DNA of 64,000 nucleotides from Lytechinus pictus (taxonomy: Eukaryota), in assembly GCF_037042905.1 (NCBI RefSeq), contig NC_087250.1:13828001-13892000 (forward strand), written 5' to 3'. The notes under the pieces were generated by a model, which saw only the letters and a list, made by a program, of their open reading frames with translations, ran no database searches and was not told the DNA's origin. A program made the translations under genes and the position numbers. Of the stretch, positions 1-13,470 are shown in pieces. The first letter of the stretch is position 1. Every line of letters begins with the position of its first letter.

Positions 1-20
1 CAGAATCACCCTGTTCAACA

Positions 21-83
21 ATGGATGATCAGCAGGACAGCCATCAAAATGAAAATGAGATACATGAAGAGATTCTAAAACCG
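21..83 (+). CDS. C2H2 zinc-finger gene, first visible coding exon (MDDQQDSHQNENEIHEEILKP)
   Basis: ATG at 21, open frame to CCG|GTAAGT donor at 84; phase 0 joins in frame to the exon at 2076. The frame is also open upstream of the ATG (CAG at 1-3 may be an acceptor), so the start is uncertain. Confidence 0.7.
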
Positions 84-418
84 GTAAGTAGTGAAATATA
101 CTGGATAAAAAAAAATTCTCAATCATTTCTTTCAATTATGTCACCATAAAGTTAATAGGCGGAGGCTGCAGCTTTTGTCTTTGACTGTGATGCTGATGCA
201 CAATAGGTCTGATGGGAAAGACTATGAACCGTGGCTCCGCCGATGCACTCTGATCTTGCGTTGATGGACGATATTTTGATAAAAAGAAACTTACTCAAGG
301 TCGGAATGTATAAGTGGTTTCATAGTCGTCAGACATATTGCTGACATTTTGTTTAAGAGCATCAGACTTGTAAAGATCAAAGCCAAGAGCTGCAGCCTCT
401 GCTAACCATGTTGGTCAG

Positions 419-595
419 GGGGCCGTTTCATAAGGCTGTTAATGCGTTAAGAGCGACTTTAAGAACGGCTGGTGATCGTTTTTAGAGGTAAATGATATTC
501 ACCATTAAATGTTCATTGGTGATTATTTACCGGGTAAGGAAGTTTCACCAGTCGCTCTTAAAGTCACTCTTACTAACAGCTTTATGAAACACCCA
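419..595. mobile_element. Small palindromic MITE; second copy at 59377-59557
   Basis: GGCCGTTTCATAA..TTAAGAGCGACTTTAAGAAC / CTTAAAGTCACTCTTA..TTATGAAACACCC at both loci. Confidence 0.75.
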
Positions 596-1382
596 CCTGT
601 AAAGAGGTTTAAATTGTATGCAGATTTCTCTTCATATAATTTCGCTTCCCTTTTATTAGCTATTTTTGCCAAAAGCGGGCTTTTAGTTGGATTTTTACCT
701 AGTATGCGATAATACAAGCGTAATTGTGTACAATTTTGTACCGTAGTACTATTGAAATTTGATTTAGGATTACAGGCCATAGAGGGATTGTCCAGGTGGA
801 GGGATGGATATTTAGCCGGAAAGGTAACCTCTTTTCATATACTTCGGCATATAATTGCTTCCTACTTGCATAACAAATGGGCAGTCTGGCATGTTCTACA
901 TGTAGTTCTACCTGGGCCCCGTTACACAAAGCTTAGCGATGAATAGCAATTATGAATGAACACTTCTGATTGGTTCCTGGTCAGTATTTTGCGCCATATG
1001 CTCGAGTAAACTTGATTATAATTGGTCATTTCATATAGTGATTGTTATGAGTTGAATTCATAGCATACATCGCAGTGAGTGCCATGCTCTCTAGAAAAAT
1101 ATTCTTAAAATACACTCTTGTGCATTTCAAGCAATCAATTCCATTCACTGTTCATATGCTGAAAATTATGTCACATTTCTGAATCCCTAAATGTAAGTTC
1201 ATATATGGATATTGAAAATGAATACACATTCTTAATAATACTGAAGAGGAATTTAACACATGAAGCCCGATATAAAGGTAAATAAAACTTCACATTAATC
1301 TATTTCCTTTTTTCAATGCCACTTTGATGGGTTACAATGTACATGTATAATACTTAATTTGCCAGTGTAGCATGTACATGTA

Positions 1383-1965
1383 CAGTTGAGGTCAGAAGTT
1401 TACAACACCCAGGAAATTCAAAGTTGACACTTGCCAAAAATAAAATTTTACTTTATATCATAAAATATTTGAGCTATCATGACAAATTTGATATCAAATA
1501 ATTATGTCATGCCCCTTTATCACATCGCTTTGTCATCAGGAGCTGAAAAACATTTAGGTGTAATTTTTCCCCAAAAAAATCATATTTTAGACAAATTAGA
1601 AGTTAAAACTTGGACAAAAACATTTTTTATTACACTTTTTAGTTCAGTGGTGACATATGATAGAAAATATAATGTAAATCATAGATTTGAATAAAATATA
1701 TTTCTGTGAAACAATGTTTGAAAATATAACAAGCAATAGAATACATTTGGCACAAATATTACTTTTTTTTCAAAGGAAATTCCACATGAAATATACTTTA
1801 ATTCCAACGTCATCCCTATCATAGCTTAATGTGCTCTTTCATTTGATACCAAATTCGTCATGGTAGTATGTATGCTTCTGAAGATTAAGTAAATTTTACG
1901 ATGTTTGGCAAGCGAAGAAATTTCACTAGATTCCATGGGTGCATGTAAATTTTTGGCCTCAACTA
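1383..1965. mobile_element. Tc1-like MITE
   Basis: TA-flanked degenerate TIRs CAGTTGAGGTCAGAAGTTTACA / TGTAAATTTTTGGCCTCAACTA with long imperfect inverted arms. Confidence 0.65.
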
Positions 1966-2075
1966 TATATATATTCTCAAATTACTCATTTCATGATTGG
2001 TAGGGGGATAAGTTTTCCATGGAATGGCCCATCTTTATTTTGTTACGTCTTGTAATCTCAAATTTTTTTCATCAG

Positions 2076-2607
2076 TATACTATCAAATTTGAGACTGACT
2101 CTGATGATGATGGCAATACAATAGATGATGCGTACCATATGCGAATGAATGATCTCCTTGGATTGAAAGGCTTTGAAAGAGACATCCAAACACTAACTAA
2201 TCCAACAACATCAGGTCATCAGGGGACTCAGTCAGGTGATCCCAACACTCAATCATGTGACCAGAAGGCAGAACACACGTTGACAGAGTTAGCTTCGGAA
2301 GGTGACAAGAATACCGAGCAATCGGGTGATCAGAAGACAGAACAAAGTTTGACAGAAGGAGCTTCGGGACTTGACCATACTGCCAACCAATTGGGTGATC
2401 TCAACACTCAGTCATGTGATCTAAAGATAGAACACACTTTGACAGAAGTAGCTTCAGGGGTCGATCAGACCACCAAGCAATCAGACGATCTCAACACTCA
2501 ATTAGGTGATCAGAAGACAGAATACACTTTGACAGAAGTAGCTCCAGGAAGCAACCAGAATCAACTGCGAGTTGGAGGAGCTGATGGAAATATTAAATCT
2601 CTCCCAG
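2076..2607 (+). CDS. C2H2 zinc-finger gene, acidic low-complexity exon with ~23-30 aa internal repeats
   Basis: TTTTTTTCATCAG| acceptor, YTIKFETDSDDDG... in the frame of ORF 2019-2615, CCAG|GTAAGT donor (phase 1) compatible with the acceptor at 6129. Confidence 0.8.
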
Positions 2608-4943
2608 GTAAGTAACAAGTGTTCAGAAGTTATGTTCCAGTGTAGGAAAAAGGAAAGGGTGACAGGTGCTCTCAATATCTCAATGTGCCCCAGAAATTCC
2701 CTGAATTTGATGCTTAGGGGTGTTCAAAACTGTCAATCACAATGTAGTAGGATTTTTAAAGGGAAAGTGCCTGTGAATAGGATTTTGCCCTAGAAATACA
2801 TTTTTTTCAAAACTTGTCATAATTAATTATTTCACTATTTTTTTTTTTAATTTTAACAAAAATATAGGCTTTAAAATAGGATAAAAAGAAATAGATTTTT
2901 TTTACAAATAATGATGCCAGATATTAGTGTTCATCTTTTCCAGACTAGCACCTAAGACTTTCGGCAATCATCCCAATATGGAAGAAAGAAATAGCCCCTA
3001 AAAATGAAAAAAATGTATATATTTCATACCCTGTTACAATGTATGTTATATTTTTATCTTATTCTTATTTCAAATGTTCTCTTTATTTGAAAACTTCATG
3101 TCATTTGTAGCAACTTTTGCTCCATGTATACCAGGGACACATACAATCATTGTCTCACTTCATCATAAATATTTTACCATGGTACAGCGGTACTTTTTGT
3201 AAGGATTGGGAGGGGGGGCACTGGGATAGCGTGTCATCATGTATCTATGCATTGGACACATCAAACCTTTGATAAGGTATGTTATGAAACCCATTTACAT
3301 TGAACTCAGAACATGAGAAAACCTGAATCTGATACTAAATAGGTCAGCCTTGACGCAGGCTCACCGCCAAATTCAATCTACAAAATACAATGGATTTGCC
3401 TCAGTTTTATGAAATCTGGAGTACCACAAGGACTTACTTTAGACCCCCTTTTATTTTATTTTTATTCCATTTCAAGTAGATGTATACATTTATTTTGAAA
3501 ATCCTTGTCAAACACTAAGCTAAATAATAGAATGAAAGTACATACATGTAGAAACATGTGACATCTAATATTGGCTGTTACCAGGAACGGATCAAGCCAG
3601 ATTATACACAATAGTTTTTAGAAGCAGATTTTGTACAAAAACAATATGGTCTCTGAAATGGTAGACAGCAGGGTCCAAGATCAGGAATGATAACCTTGTA
3701 AAATGCTACTCCTAAAGCCCCCATCACACTTATTCCAAATCAAGCAGAATTGGCCTGAATGAAAGGATTGTTTGACCACCAGTTGGTCATTTAAATCTAC
3801 TTCGAACACCGTTCGAAAATATCCCTCGAATGTTTTGAACATGACCAAAACCTTCGGGACGGCCAAAAGAAATGACAAAAATATTTTGAATGCACTCAGA
3901 ATGCAGTCAGGATATTTAGAATGCTCCTAGAATGTCCAAGAACATAGCACGAATTATCAATCTGACTCCATTGCGGTTCATTTTGACTAGTGTATGATGA
4001 TACACATGGTCAATTTACTGAATTTCAACTCCAGTTTGGTGAATTCATAAGTTCCTCCCAAAAATTTCTAGATTTTTGAATATTTTTTTCTTTCCAGCTT
4101 CTGCTTGATTCCTGCTGATTCCAAATAAGTGTGATGGGGGCTTTATATTGAAATCAGTCTTCTGAGGCTTTCTTAAGTTTCTGTAATATACCCAACATCT
4201 ATTGGAAATGGAATGAAAAATGTTTGAACGCCTCAAATTCATTTGATATGAATGATCCATTTTGTGGGTCTCCTTTAATATGCTATTCCTCTCATCTATT
4301 AAAGCAAAGAATCAATTTACTGTTATATATTTTCTGGAGTATATATGTGAGTACAGTGGAGTATTTTGTGTTGGACAATCCCTACTTAGCTTGTACGTGA
4401 GCAAATGGAAGGATGAATATCAAACATTATTCCTGATGCACACACACCTTTTATAATGTACCATTGCACAATGAGAAACAAAGTGATGTTGCAATAAAAA
4501 TTAGGATTTTATGCTTTGCGATTTCAATGCAGGTGCAATACCTGTAGGGCTTACTGGCTAAATGGGCATTGCAACAGATGCCCATTTTAGGGATTTTGCT
4601 TGTCACTTTCAATAATTCTTTATTATTTTCATGCATTAACAAAGGAAAAATTTATTATATTTTCGCTAGTTTGCGAGGCGTTGTTCAACACAAATACTAT
4701 TCGTGCAATTTGCAACATTTCGCATTCAGTGAAAGAGACTCTGAGGAATAGCCGAGTTGAATGGAGCATCTTTTTTTACCTCATGCGAAATCTCGCACCA
4801 TCGCACTCATGCCTATTCGTTATCTGTGTACTATTCCTTGCATCTTAGCAAATTATCTAAAGTACAAACATTACATGACCTTTATCTTACCTAAATTAAT
4901 CTAATGATTATAATAACAATATAAATAATCTCTTGTTTGTTAG

Positions 4944-5071
4944 CTTCTGGTATCTATAAATGCGAGTACTGTGAATCACCATATATCATTCCTCTTATCT
5001 TAGCCAGTCATCTCAAGCAGAATCATGGCCTTTATGTTACCTTAATTAATCAAATGATCGTAACAGTATAA
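4944..5071 (+). CDS. Putative alternative terminal exon (or pseudo-exon) encoding one intact C2H2 finger
   Basis: TTGTTTGTTAG| acceptor, phase 1; reads (A)SGIYKCEYCESPYIIPLILASHLKQNHGLYVTLINQMIVTV*; paralogous to the start of the exon at 6129. Confidence 0.4.
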
Positions 5072-6113
5072 TTTTTTGTCTCGCCTGCATAGCAGAGCGA
5101 GACTAAAGGCGCCGCTTTTCCGACGGCGGCGGAGTCAACATTTTAATCTTGACCAATGTCAAGTTTTTGAAATGTCATAATAACTTAGTATTTGGACCTA
5201 GTTCATGAAACTTGGGCATAAGGGTAATCAAGTATTACTGAATATCCTGCCTGAGGTTCAGGTCACATGACGAAGGTCAAAGGTCATTTAGGGTCAATGA
5301 ACAATGAACCATGTTGGGGAATCAATATCGAAATCTTAAGGTTAAGTTTTTGAAATACCATTGCTTTTAAAGTATATAGACCTGGTTCATGAAACTTAGA
5401 CATAAAGGTGATAGTGTATCACTGAAGATCCTTCCTGAGTTTCAGGTCTCATGACCGAGGTCAAAGGTCACTTAAGGTCAACGAACTTTGACCATGATGG
5501 GGGTATATGTGGAATTGTCAGCATAACTGTCATTTTATGGATCTAGTTCATGAAACTTAGACATAAGAGAAATCAAAGTATCCCTGAACATCCTGTGCGA
5601 GTTTCAGGTCACATGACCCAGGTCAAAGGTCGTTCAGGGTCAACAAACTTTGATAATGTTGGGGGTATTTGTGGAATTGTCATCATCATAACTTTAAAGT
5701 TTATAGATCTAGTTCATGAAATTTGGGACACAAGAGTGACCATGTATCCCTGAATATCTTGTGCTTGTTTCTGGTCACATGACCAAAATCAAAGTTCATT
5801 TAGGGTCATTGAACTTTGGCCTTGTTGGGGGTATTTGTTGAATTGGTATCATAACTTAGAAAGTTTTTGGATCTACAAATGTTTTCATGATAAATAGACA
5901 TAAGGGTAATCAAGTATGAATGATTGTTTTGCACATGTCTTAGGTCACATGATCATGGTCAAAGATCATGTTAGATCAATGGACATGTATTTTATTATCA
6001 TATATGAGTGTTTTATTGTTTTAATAATTAATTAATAGCTTATTTCAAAGTCAGCACTGCTACTATATCGAATTGCGTAATGCAGGCGAGACTGCCAGAG
6101 GCGTTCCACTTGT
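5072..6113 (+). mobile_element. Helentron-associated non-autonomous element (HINE/DINE-1-like)
   Basis: T-run, subterminal IR GTCTCGCCTGCA...TGCAGGCGAGAC, 5' hairpin, (GGC)n, internal ~150-190 bp tandem repeats, CCACTTGTT end, no TSD. Confidence 0.8.
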
Positions 6114-6128
6114 TTTATTTCTTGATAG

Positions 6129-9100
6129 ATTCTGGAATCTATAGCAGCAAATACCGTGGATCACCATATGCTATTCCTCTCATCTTAGCAAGGCATCTCG
6201 ACTACCAACATGGAATAAGCAGTATATACATGCCTGCAGATGCATCAGAAGAACATATTTTGACATTCCCTAATGAAGGAATACAAGAACCTTTGAGCAA
6301 TGATGAAGTTGAGGAGCCATATGCCTGTGATCAGGGTGATAAAGAACTCAATCAAGTTGGTGATCATGTTGGAGATGCGCCGAATAGCAAAGCAAGTGAT
6401 AAAGACCATGTATGCCATCAATGTGGTAAGGCATTTAATCAATCTGGTGAACTCACAAGACATAAACTAATCCATACTGGTGAGAAACCCTATGTATGTG
6501 ACCAGTGTGGTCAAGCATTTAGTCGTAATTATCTCAAAATAATACATAAACGTATCCACACAGGTGAGAAGCCCTATGTATGTGATCAATGTCATAAGGC
6601 ATTTAGCAATCGTTATGCTCTCTCCATACATATAGGAATCCATACAGGTGAGAAACCTTATGTATGTGATCAATGTGGTAAGACATTTAGTCAATCACGT
6701 CACCTCATTACACATAAAAATATCCATACACCTAAACATATCCATACACCTGAGAAGCTCTATACGTGTGATCAATGTGGCAAGGCCTTTAATAAAAAAT
6801 GCAATCTCACAGCACATAAGCGTATCCATACAGGTGAGAAACCTTATGTATGTGATCAATGTGGTAAGGCATTTAGTCAATCAACACACCTCAGTAGACA
6901 TAAACATATCCATACACCTAAACATATCCATACACCTGACAAGCTCTATACGTGTGATCAATGTGGCAAGGCATTTAATCAGAAAGGCAATCTCACAGCA
7001 CATAAGCATATCCATACAGGTGAAAAACCTTATGTATGTAATCAATGTGGTGAGGCATTTCATCAGAAAGGCAATCTCAAAGTACATAAGCGTATCCATA
7101 CAGGTGAGAAACCTTATGTATGTGATCAATGTGGTAAGACATTTAGTCAATCACGTCACCTCATTACACATAAAAATATCCATACACCTAAACATATCCA
7201 TACACATGAGAAGCTCTATACATGTGATCAATGTGGTAAGGCCTTTAATCAAAAATGCAATCTCACAGCACATAAGCTTATCCATACAGGTGAGAAACCT
7301 TATGTATGTGATCAATGTGGTAAGGCATTTAGTCAATCAACACACCTCAGTAGACATAAACATGTCCATACACATAAACATATCCATACACCTGACAAGC
7401 TCTATACGTGTGATCAATGTGGCAAGGCATTTAATCAGAAAGGCAATCTCACAGCACATAAGCGTGTCCATACAGGTGAAAAACCTTATGTATGTAATCA
7501 ATGTGGTGAGGCATTTCATCAGAAAGGCAATCTCAAAGTACATAAGCGTATCCATACAGGTGAGAAACCTTATGTATGTGATCAATGTGGTAAGACATTT
7601 AGTCAATCACGTCACCTCATTACACATAAAAATATCCATACACCTAAACATATCCATACACATGAGAAGCTCTATACATGTGATCAATGTGGTAAGGCCT
7701 TTAATCAAAAATGCAATCTCACAGCACATAAGCTTATCCATACAGGTGAGAAACCTTATGTATGTGATCAATGTGGTAAGGCATTTAGTCAATCAACACA
7801 CCTCAGTAGACATAAACATGTCCATACACATAAACATATCCATACACCTGACAAGCTCTATACGTGTGATCAATGTGGCAAGGCATTTAATCAGAAAGGC
7901 AATCTCACAGCACATAAGCGTGTCCATACAGGTGAAAAACCTTATGTATGTAATCAATGTGGTGAGGCATTTCATCAGAAAGGCAATCTCAAAGTACATA
8001 AGCGTATCCATACAGGTGAGAAACCTTATGTATGTGATCAATGTGGTAAGACATTTAGTCAATCACGTCACCTCATTACACATAAAAATATCCATACACC
8101 TAAACATATCCATACACATGAGAAGCTCTATACATGTGATCAATGTGGTAAGGCGTTTAATAAGAAAAGCATTCTCAAAGGACATAAGCGTATTCATACA
8201 GGTGAGAAGCCGTTTGTATGTGGTCAGTGTGGTCAAGCGTTTAATCGGGAATGTAATCTAAAAGTGCATAAACAACTCCATACAGGTGAGAAGCCCTATG
8301 TATGTGATCAGTGTGGTCAAGCGTTTAATCGTAATGATCATCTCAAAATACATAGACGTAAGCATACAGGTGAGAAGCCCTATGTATGTGATCAATGTGG
8401 AAAGGCATATTATGAATCCAGTGGTCTGAGAAAACATAAACATATCCATGATGAGAAGCCCTATGTATGTAATCAATGTGGTGAGGCATTCAATACATCT
8501 AGTGATCTCAAAATACATAGACGTATCCACACAACTGAGAAACCCTTTGTATGTGATCAGTGTGGTAAAGGGTTTAGTTTTGAAAAACGTCTCACGAGGC
8601 ATAAACAGATCCATACACGTGAGAGGCAAGACAAGCAATATGAATGTGATCAATGTGGCAAGGCGTTTAATCTGAAAGGCAATCTCAAAGTACATAAGCG
8701 TATCCATACAGGTGAGAAACCTTATGTATGTGATCAATGTGGTAAGGCATTTAATCAATCAACAGCCCTCAGTGCACATAAACATATCCATAAACCCAAA
8801 CATATCCATACACCTAAACATATCCATACACATGAGAAGCTATATACATGTGATCAATGTGGTAAGGCGTTTGATAAGAAAAGCATTCTCAAAGCACATA
8901 AGCGTATTCATACAGGTGAGAAGCCGTTTGTATGTGATCAGTGTGGTCAAGCATTTAATCAGGAATGTAATCTAAAAGTGCATAAACGACTCCATACAGG
9001 TGAGAAGCCCTATGAATGTGATCAATGTGGCAAGGCGTTTAATCTGAAAGGCAATCTCAAAGTACATAAGCGTATCCATACAGGTGAGAAACCTTATGTA

Positions 9101-9715
9101 TGTGATCAATGTGGTAAGGCATTTAATCAATCAACAGCCCTCAGTACACATAAACATATCCATACACCTAAACATATCCATACACCCAAACATATCCATA
9201 CACCTAAACATATCCATACACCCAAACATATCCATACACCCAAACATATCCATACACCTAAACATATCCATACACATGAGAAGCTCTATACATGTGATCA
9301 ATGTGGTGAGGCGTTTAATAGGAAAAGCAATCTCAAAGCACATAATCGTATCCATACAGGTGAGAAGCCGTTTGTATGTGATCAGTGTGGTCAAGCATTT
9401 AATCGTAATTATCATCTCAAAATACATAGACGTAAGCATACAGGTAAGAAGCCCTATGTATGTGATCAATGTGGAAAGGCATATCATGAATCCAGTGGTT
9501 TAAAAAAACATAAACATATCCATGGTGAGAAGCCCTATGTATGTAATCAATGTGGCAAGGCCTTTAATCAGAAAGGCAATCTCACAGTACATAAGCGTAT
9601 CCATACAGGTGAGAAACCTTATGTGTGTGATCAATGTGGTAAGGCATTTAATCAATCTGGTTCCCTCAGTATACATAAACATATCCATAAACCTAAACAT
9701 ATCCATACAGGTTAG
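6129..9715 (+). CDS. C2H2 zinc-finger gene, terminal exon with 36 tandem Kruppel-type fingers
   Basis: TTTATTTCTTGATAG| acceptor, G|AT gives Asp in the ORF 6080-9715 frame; repeated CxxC-x12-H-x3-H with TGEKP linkers; stop TAG 9713-9715. Confidence 0.92.
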
Positions 9716-10860
<1,145 letters not shown>

Positions 10861-11877
10861 AGTTAACAAATCTGGGGCAGCGATCCGGGGGGGGGGGGGG
10901 GCAGGGGGCACAATGCCCCCTCCCCCATTTTTTGAAGCACTGAAAAAGTTTCCTTTTTACGCAAGAAAAATTCCCCCCTAATGAACGTTTACTGTGCCCC
11001 TTTCACTTTATAATAGGACCCGTTGTACGTGTTACCAAGTGCCTTTCTCATATATGTTCTAAGTTTTACCAAAGAATGCCCCCTCTCGAACGTGTTCTTT
11101 GCCCCTTTCACTTGAGGAGGACCCGTTTTAGGTGTTACCAAGTGCCCTTGTATAAGTGCAATTTTTTTACCAAGAAAAGTGCCTCGCTTGAATGTGTTCT
11201 GTGCCCCTTTCACCTCAGAAGCACCCGTTTTAATATGTGTTAACGAGTACCCCTTTGAAACCAAACAATATTCTCAATTTTATGTGTTGCTACTTATGAA
11301 GGAAAGAAATTTGAATATAATCCTACATCCCTAAACTCAATTTTTTCCTGGGCTATTTCAGACCATGATATACTGGACCCCCCTCAGATCACAGCCGCTG
11401 ATTGTGCGATTGCAGCGAAAATGTGCATGCACATATAGTCAGATGTAAACTACAAGACTGTATAGTAAAATTTTCAAAAAATTAATTATTTATTAATTAT
11501 GCAAATAAGCATATGAAATTTGCTCTAAACTCTTTTTTTTTTGTTATTTTGTTATTGCCTTTAACTCAATTTATATAGTTAATAGAATGCTAATTTTTGG
11601 TGAGGGTATCAATCTTTACAAATCTAAGAAATATCTACAAAAAAGCAAAATTGAATTAATTTCTAATGTATTTTTATTGTTTTTTAAATTATGTATTTCC
11701 TTGTTTTTTCAAACCTTTGTTTTTCATTGTTTTTTCCGATGAACTTTGTTGAGTACCTTTTTGCGATCATAAATAGCATTAAATAAATAATTTAAACCAA
11801 CAAAAGTAAAAATAACATATATTTATGATTTTTGGTTGAAAAACATAATTTGCATTGACTTTGTATACAGAATACCA

Positions 11878-12711
11878 TTTTTGTCTCACCTGCATTGCAG
11901 AGTGAGACCATAGGCGCCGCTTTTCCGACGGCGGCGGCGTCAACACCAAATCTTAACCTAGGTCCTAAGGTTAAGTTTTTGAAAATGACAGCATAACTTA
12001 GATAGTATATGGACCTAGTTCATGAAACTTGGCCATAAGGTTAATTACTGAATATCCTGCTTGAGTTTCACGTCACATGACCAAGTTCAAAGGTCATTTA
12101 GGCTCAATGAACTTTGGCCAAATTGGGGGTATCTGTTGAATTACCATCATAACTTTGAAATTTTATGGATCTGATTCATGAAACTTGGACATAATAGTAA
12201 TCAAGTACCACTGAACATCTTGTGCAAGTTTCCAGGTCACATGATTAAGGTCAAAGGTCATTTAGGGTCAATGAACTTTGGCCATATTGGGGGTTTTCGT
12301 TGAATTACCATCATATCTCTGTAAGTGTATTGGTCTAGTTCATAAAACATGGACATAAGAGTAACCAAGTATCACTGAACATCTTGTGCAAGTTTCAGGT
12401 CACATGACCAAAGTCGAAAGTCATTTAATGTCATTGAACTTTGGCCATTTTAGAGGTAATTATTAGATTGCTGTCATAACTTTCAAAGTTTATAGATATA
12501 GTGTATAAAATGTGGATATAGGAGTAATCAAGTATCAGTGACAAGTTTTAGGTCGCATGATCAAGGTCAAATGTCAATGAACGTTGTATTGTATCATTAT
12601 ATAAATGGTATTTTTTGTGAATAATTATTTTATAGTAGTTTTCAAAGTCAGCATTGCTGCTATATTGAATCGCGTGATGCAGGTGAGACAGCCAGAGTCA
12701 TTCCACTTGTT
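11878..12711 (+). mobile_element. HINE copy (same family)
   Basis: Same termini GTCTCACCTGCA...TGCAGGTGAGAC...CCACTTGTT and the same internal repeats. Confidence 0.8.
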
Positions 12712-12879
12712 GAGCAATTTTGGGTCCTGACACGCGCTTACAAAATGTTGCGTGATTTCTGAATCGCGTCCCTGGGCGTCATAAATTTGGTCTCAAAAGA
12801 TGCGCAAGACTTGAAAGTAAAAAGTCAGTGAGTGGAACGATCAAAAAATTTTGTGGGCCGGCTTAGTGATGAAATTTGT

Positions 12880-13470
12880 CAACATAGATATTTTAACCAA
12901 AGGTTAAGTTTTTGAAATGTCATCATAAAGAAATTATATGGATCTAGTTCATGAAACTTGGACATAAGGGTAATCAAGTATTACTGGACATCCTTCCTGA
13001 GTTTCAGGTCACACGACGAAGGTTAAAGATTATTTAGGGTCAATTAACTTAGACCATGTTGGGGGAATTAACATCGAAATCTTAACTAAAGGTTAAGTTT
13101 TTGAAATGTCATCATAAAGAAAGTATATGGACCTAGTTCATGAAACTTGGACATAAGGGTAATCGAGTATTACTGGACATCCTTCCTGAGTTTCAGGTCA
13201 CATGACTAAGGTCAAAGATCATTTAGGGTCAATGAACTTAGACCATGTTGGGGGAATTAACATCAAAATCTTAACTAAAGGTTAAGTTTTTGAAATGTCA
13301 TCATAAAGAAGGTATATGGACCTAGTTCATGAAACTTGGACATTCTATCTGAGTTTAAGGTCAAAGGTCATTTAAGGTCAATTTGACCTTAACTGGTCAA
13401 TAATTTTTGGCCAAATTGGGGGTATTTTTTGAATTGCCATCATACCTTTTGAGAGATTATGGATCAAATT
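12880..13470 (+). repeat. HINE internal tandem repeats lacking termini
   Basis: About three copies of the AAGGTTAAGTTTTTGAAATGTCATCATAA...GGTCAATGAACTT monomer. Confidence 0.75.

Noticed and set aside
6080..6128. ATG start of the 1211-aa ORF (MQARLPEAFHL)
   Set aside because: It lies in the HINE 3' terminus and intron; a phase-matched acceptor at 6129 explains the gene better.
6648..8261. 537-aa alternative-frame ORF and the repeated minus-strand ORFs over the ZF exon
   Set aside because: Shadow frames of repetitive zinc-finger codons with no independent signal.
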